From an uncultured Nitrososphaerota archaeon (GTDB taxonomy: Archaea > Thermoproteota > Nitrososphaeria > Nitrososphaerales > CADDZS01), in contig CAWCYI010000006.1 in NCBI GenBank assembly GCA_963799845.1, positions 416,001 to 480,000 of the forward strand: a DNA stretch of 64,000 nt. The letters run 5' to 3'. Under the pieces are notes generated by a model, which worked only from the letters and a program-made list of their open reading frames with translations, did not search any database and was not told the DNA's origin. Below, one piece after another: positions 61,950-64,000 of this stretch (positions are counted from its first letter, which is position 1; every line of letters starts with the position of its first letter). Position numbers and translations under genes: made by a program.

Positions 61950-61996
61950 GTGATGGGTTCCGCCCGACCGATCTCTCGGGATTTTTGAGATTATTG
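61950..61996 (+). repeat. ~47-bp intergenic direct repeat, copy 2
   Basis: gtgatgggttccgcccgaccgatctctcgggatttttgagattattg. Confidence 0.8.
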
Positions 61997-62079
61997 CGCT
62001 CCAATGAGGATTAAGTCACCTGCCCTCGTGACCCGGCTCGAAGATTGGTTCGGGCCGATTGAGGGACTCTTCTTCTGGT

Positions 62080-62976
62080 TTAGTTGATCAAATGTAACGA
62101 GATGTGGCGGACTGTGTACTCGTTCACTTTAGAAGTCGAGCCTTGAGCAGTTATCTCGGATGTCATGTATTCATCGAGAGTAGCTTTTCGAACCCAAAGA
62201 TTAGCCAGATCAACATAGATGTCTCCCTTGTATTGATCGCCGCCAACTGTAACAGTGTCATTGCCCATCGAGTCCGGCACCAACATTTTGAGCTTACTTT
62301 CACCAGCATCATAGGAGATAAGAGCACAGACGGCTCCATCGACCAAACTTACTCCCTTCAACTCAAGACTGACCTCGCCATTTTGAAATATGGAACCGGC
62401 TTTGACCTCATTACCGAATTTGACTGAAGCCTCTATGAAGGATGCGGGATGCACAACTCTCTGGCCTATTTCTCTGAGATCCTGAATTCCCTTACCGAAC
62501 TTCATTGGTTTGGTAAAAATGTCATTGAAGCTGTGGAAATCGATAAAATTAGTATATGCAGCGTAACGGGTACTGAAAGGTAACGCACTTCCTAGATTAT
62601 CGTGAAGACTAGCAAATTTATCCTGAGAAATGCCCCAGAAAGGCCCGCGATCATCCGCCCCGGATAACGTGGGATTGAATACGTAAGACCAGTTATTCAG
62701 TTCGGGGATAATAACCGGAGGATCGTCATTGATTTTTAGTCGAAGTTCCGAAGTTGTGTATTGGTCTTCCGCTGGCGAAGCCTTCGGATTGTATTGGAGT
62801 CTCAGAAGATAAGTCTCTGTTCGGAATCTCTTACCGTTCATCCCAAAATGAATGTACTTCGTTTCCATCTGGAAATTTTGAACTTGTCGCTCTCTTTGAA
62901 AAGACAGATCAAAAGACCCCTTAAGATCTCTAGCAAGCTGTTCCAAGTCCAACTCTGACACCAGCATATCATTCAC
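62080..62976 (-). CDS. Hypothetical protein
   Basis: 298-aa uninterrupted ORF; no recognised motif. Confidence 0.65.
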   Translation of the reverse strand: MNDMLVSELDLEQLARDLKGSFDLSFQRERQVQNFQMETKYIHFGMNGKRFRTETYLLRLQYNPKASPAEDQYTTSELRLKINDDPPVIIPELNNWSYVFNPTLSGADDRGPFWGISQDKFASLHDNLGSALPFSTRYAAYTNFIDFHSFNDIFTKPMKFGKGIQDLREIGQRVVHPASFIEASVKFGNEVKAGSIFQNGEVSLELKGVSLVDGAVCALISYDAGESKLKMLVPDSMGNDTVTVGGDQYKGDIYVDLANLWVRKATLDEYMTSEITAQGSTSKVNEYTVRHISLHLIN

Positions 62977-63071
62977 TCATTTAACAGTTCGATTGATAAT
63001 AAGAAATAAAGATCGGGACGATCTTCAATCATGATAACAGGAGCCCATCACACATGTACTAACTTACTAGG

Positions 63072-63117
63072 GTGATACGCTCGGCACGACCGATCTCTAG
63101 GGATTTTGTAGGATTTT
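63072..63117 (+). repeat. ~47-bp intergenic direct repeat, copy 3
   Basis: gtgatacgctcggcacgaccgatctctagggattttgtaggatttt; the first 27 nt are identical to copy 1. Confidence 0.85.
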
Positions 63118-63172
63118 CATATCAATAGTCGCTGGGATTGGAATATGCCCTAACGTGGGTCAATATTATTGA

Positions 63173-63967
63173 TTACTTATCGCTCTCTGTCAAAGCCCTT
63201 GCAAGGAATGTGCGCACGACTTTGGCAAACTCGGCAGGATTGTCTCGATGAATAACGTGTCCTCCGTCTAAAGTAAATAGTTGTGTGTTCGGTCGTCTGG
63301 ATGCCATCTGTTCTAAATGTTCTTGGCTCGTAAGGCGACTATCACGCCCTCTAAGTATCAATGCGTGACAATCGCTTGCGAGCCAATCCTTCCAGTGATA
63401 TCCATTCACAAAATTCTGCGATTCCAGCATGTCTTCAGGATCAAAAGCTAGTCGCCATCCGCCGGAAACTTCGCGGACCGAATCCCGGAGGTAAGGTGCT
63501 AGACGAGATCCGATTCTGTTTTCGAGTTCTTCGCGAGTTTGGAAGGTCCCTTTCCACTTTAGGACGAAGCTCGTATCTTCAGATATTACGACTCCAATAT
63601 CCTCTATGATTAGGGCGCTAACGCGGTCGGGATAGCGCGCAGCAAACTGATAAGCATTCACGCCTCCCAAAGAGTTGCCCATGAGAACTGCTCCCTTTCG
63701 AAGTCCGAGGTGATCATACAGAGTCAAGAGATCGCCGATGTAATCTTCGCGCGCGTAGCTCGATGAATGGTCGCTGTACCCATGCCCGCGTTGGTCCAGC
63801 GCTACAACTCGAAACTCAGGATAAAGAAGATCTGCAACCTTCGAAAAGGTTGAACCTTCCATCCAGTGAGAATGCAGTGCTATGATTTCCCTCCCGTCGC
63901 CTCCGGCATCAAGGTAGGAGAGATTTAGACCGCCTGAGCGAAAATAATTCCTGTCCGTTGCTCTCAC
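63173..63967 (-). CDS. Alpha/beta hydrolase
   Basis: DQRGHGYS, GNSLGG nucleophile elbow and GGHVIH motifs. Confidence 0.92.
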   Translation of the reverse strand: MRATDRNYFRSGGLNLSYLDAGGDGREIIALHSHWMEGSTFSKVADLLYPEFRVVALDQRGHGYSDHSSSYAREDYIGDLLTLYDHLGLRKGAVLMGNSLGGVNAYQFAARYPDRVSALIIEDIGVVISEDTSFVLKWKGTFQTREELENRIGSRLAPYLRDSVREVSGGWRLAFDPEDMLESQNFVNGYHWKDWLASDCHALILRGRDSRLTSQEHLEQMASRRPNTQLFTLDGGHVIHRDNPAEFAKVVRTFLARALTESDK

Positions 63968-64000
63968 CTTCTTTTGGTATGCGTACCGAGTGATATATCT

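Noticed and set aside
59433-63117. CRISPR array or integron attC sites
   Set aside because: Spacing is 1-2.5 kb, no cas or intI gene is present, and attC consensus ends are missing.

Overview
Archaeal DNA, most likely a Nitrososphaerota/Thaumarchaeota-type lineage (inferred from tiaS-Lrp-tsr3, rps8e-srp19, an intron-containing tRNA-Pro(CGG) and frequent TTG starts). Housekeeping and heterotrophic genes (Mo-hydroxylase large subunit, two acyl-CoA dehydrogenases, enoyl-CoA hydratase, lipA, class III aminotransferase, flavin/F420-type oxidoreductases) flank three accessory regions: ~7.9-21.9 kb after the tRNA, ~34.6-55.4 kb and ~58.2-64 kb. The 34.6-55 kb island is the main finding. It holds four copies of a two-gene module: a KaiC/RAD55-like ATPase with a degenerate Walker A (GxPGIGKE), overlapping by 11 nt a 7-TM protein with N-out/C-in receptor-like topology and conserved basic cytoplasmic loops. 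The same island carries one canonical KaiC-like ATPase, a class III adenylyl cyclase, a TPR partner fragment, an RHH+V4R-like regulator, and three membrane-anchored type-1 copper proteins that share a repeated GTACAT-N4-GTACAT upstream element. Together these look like a candidate archaeal 7TM receptor/KaiC/cAMP signalling system; the function is inferred, not shown. An IS630-family element and two families of short dispersed non-coding repeats are also present. About 11 single-base frameshifts, one in a housekeeping-type gene, suggest consensus errors, so pseudogene calls are provisional.
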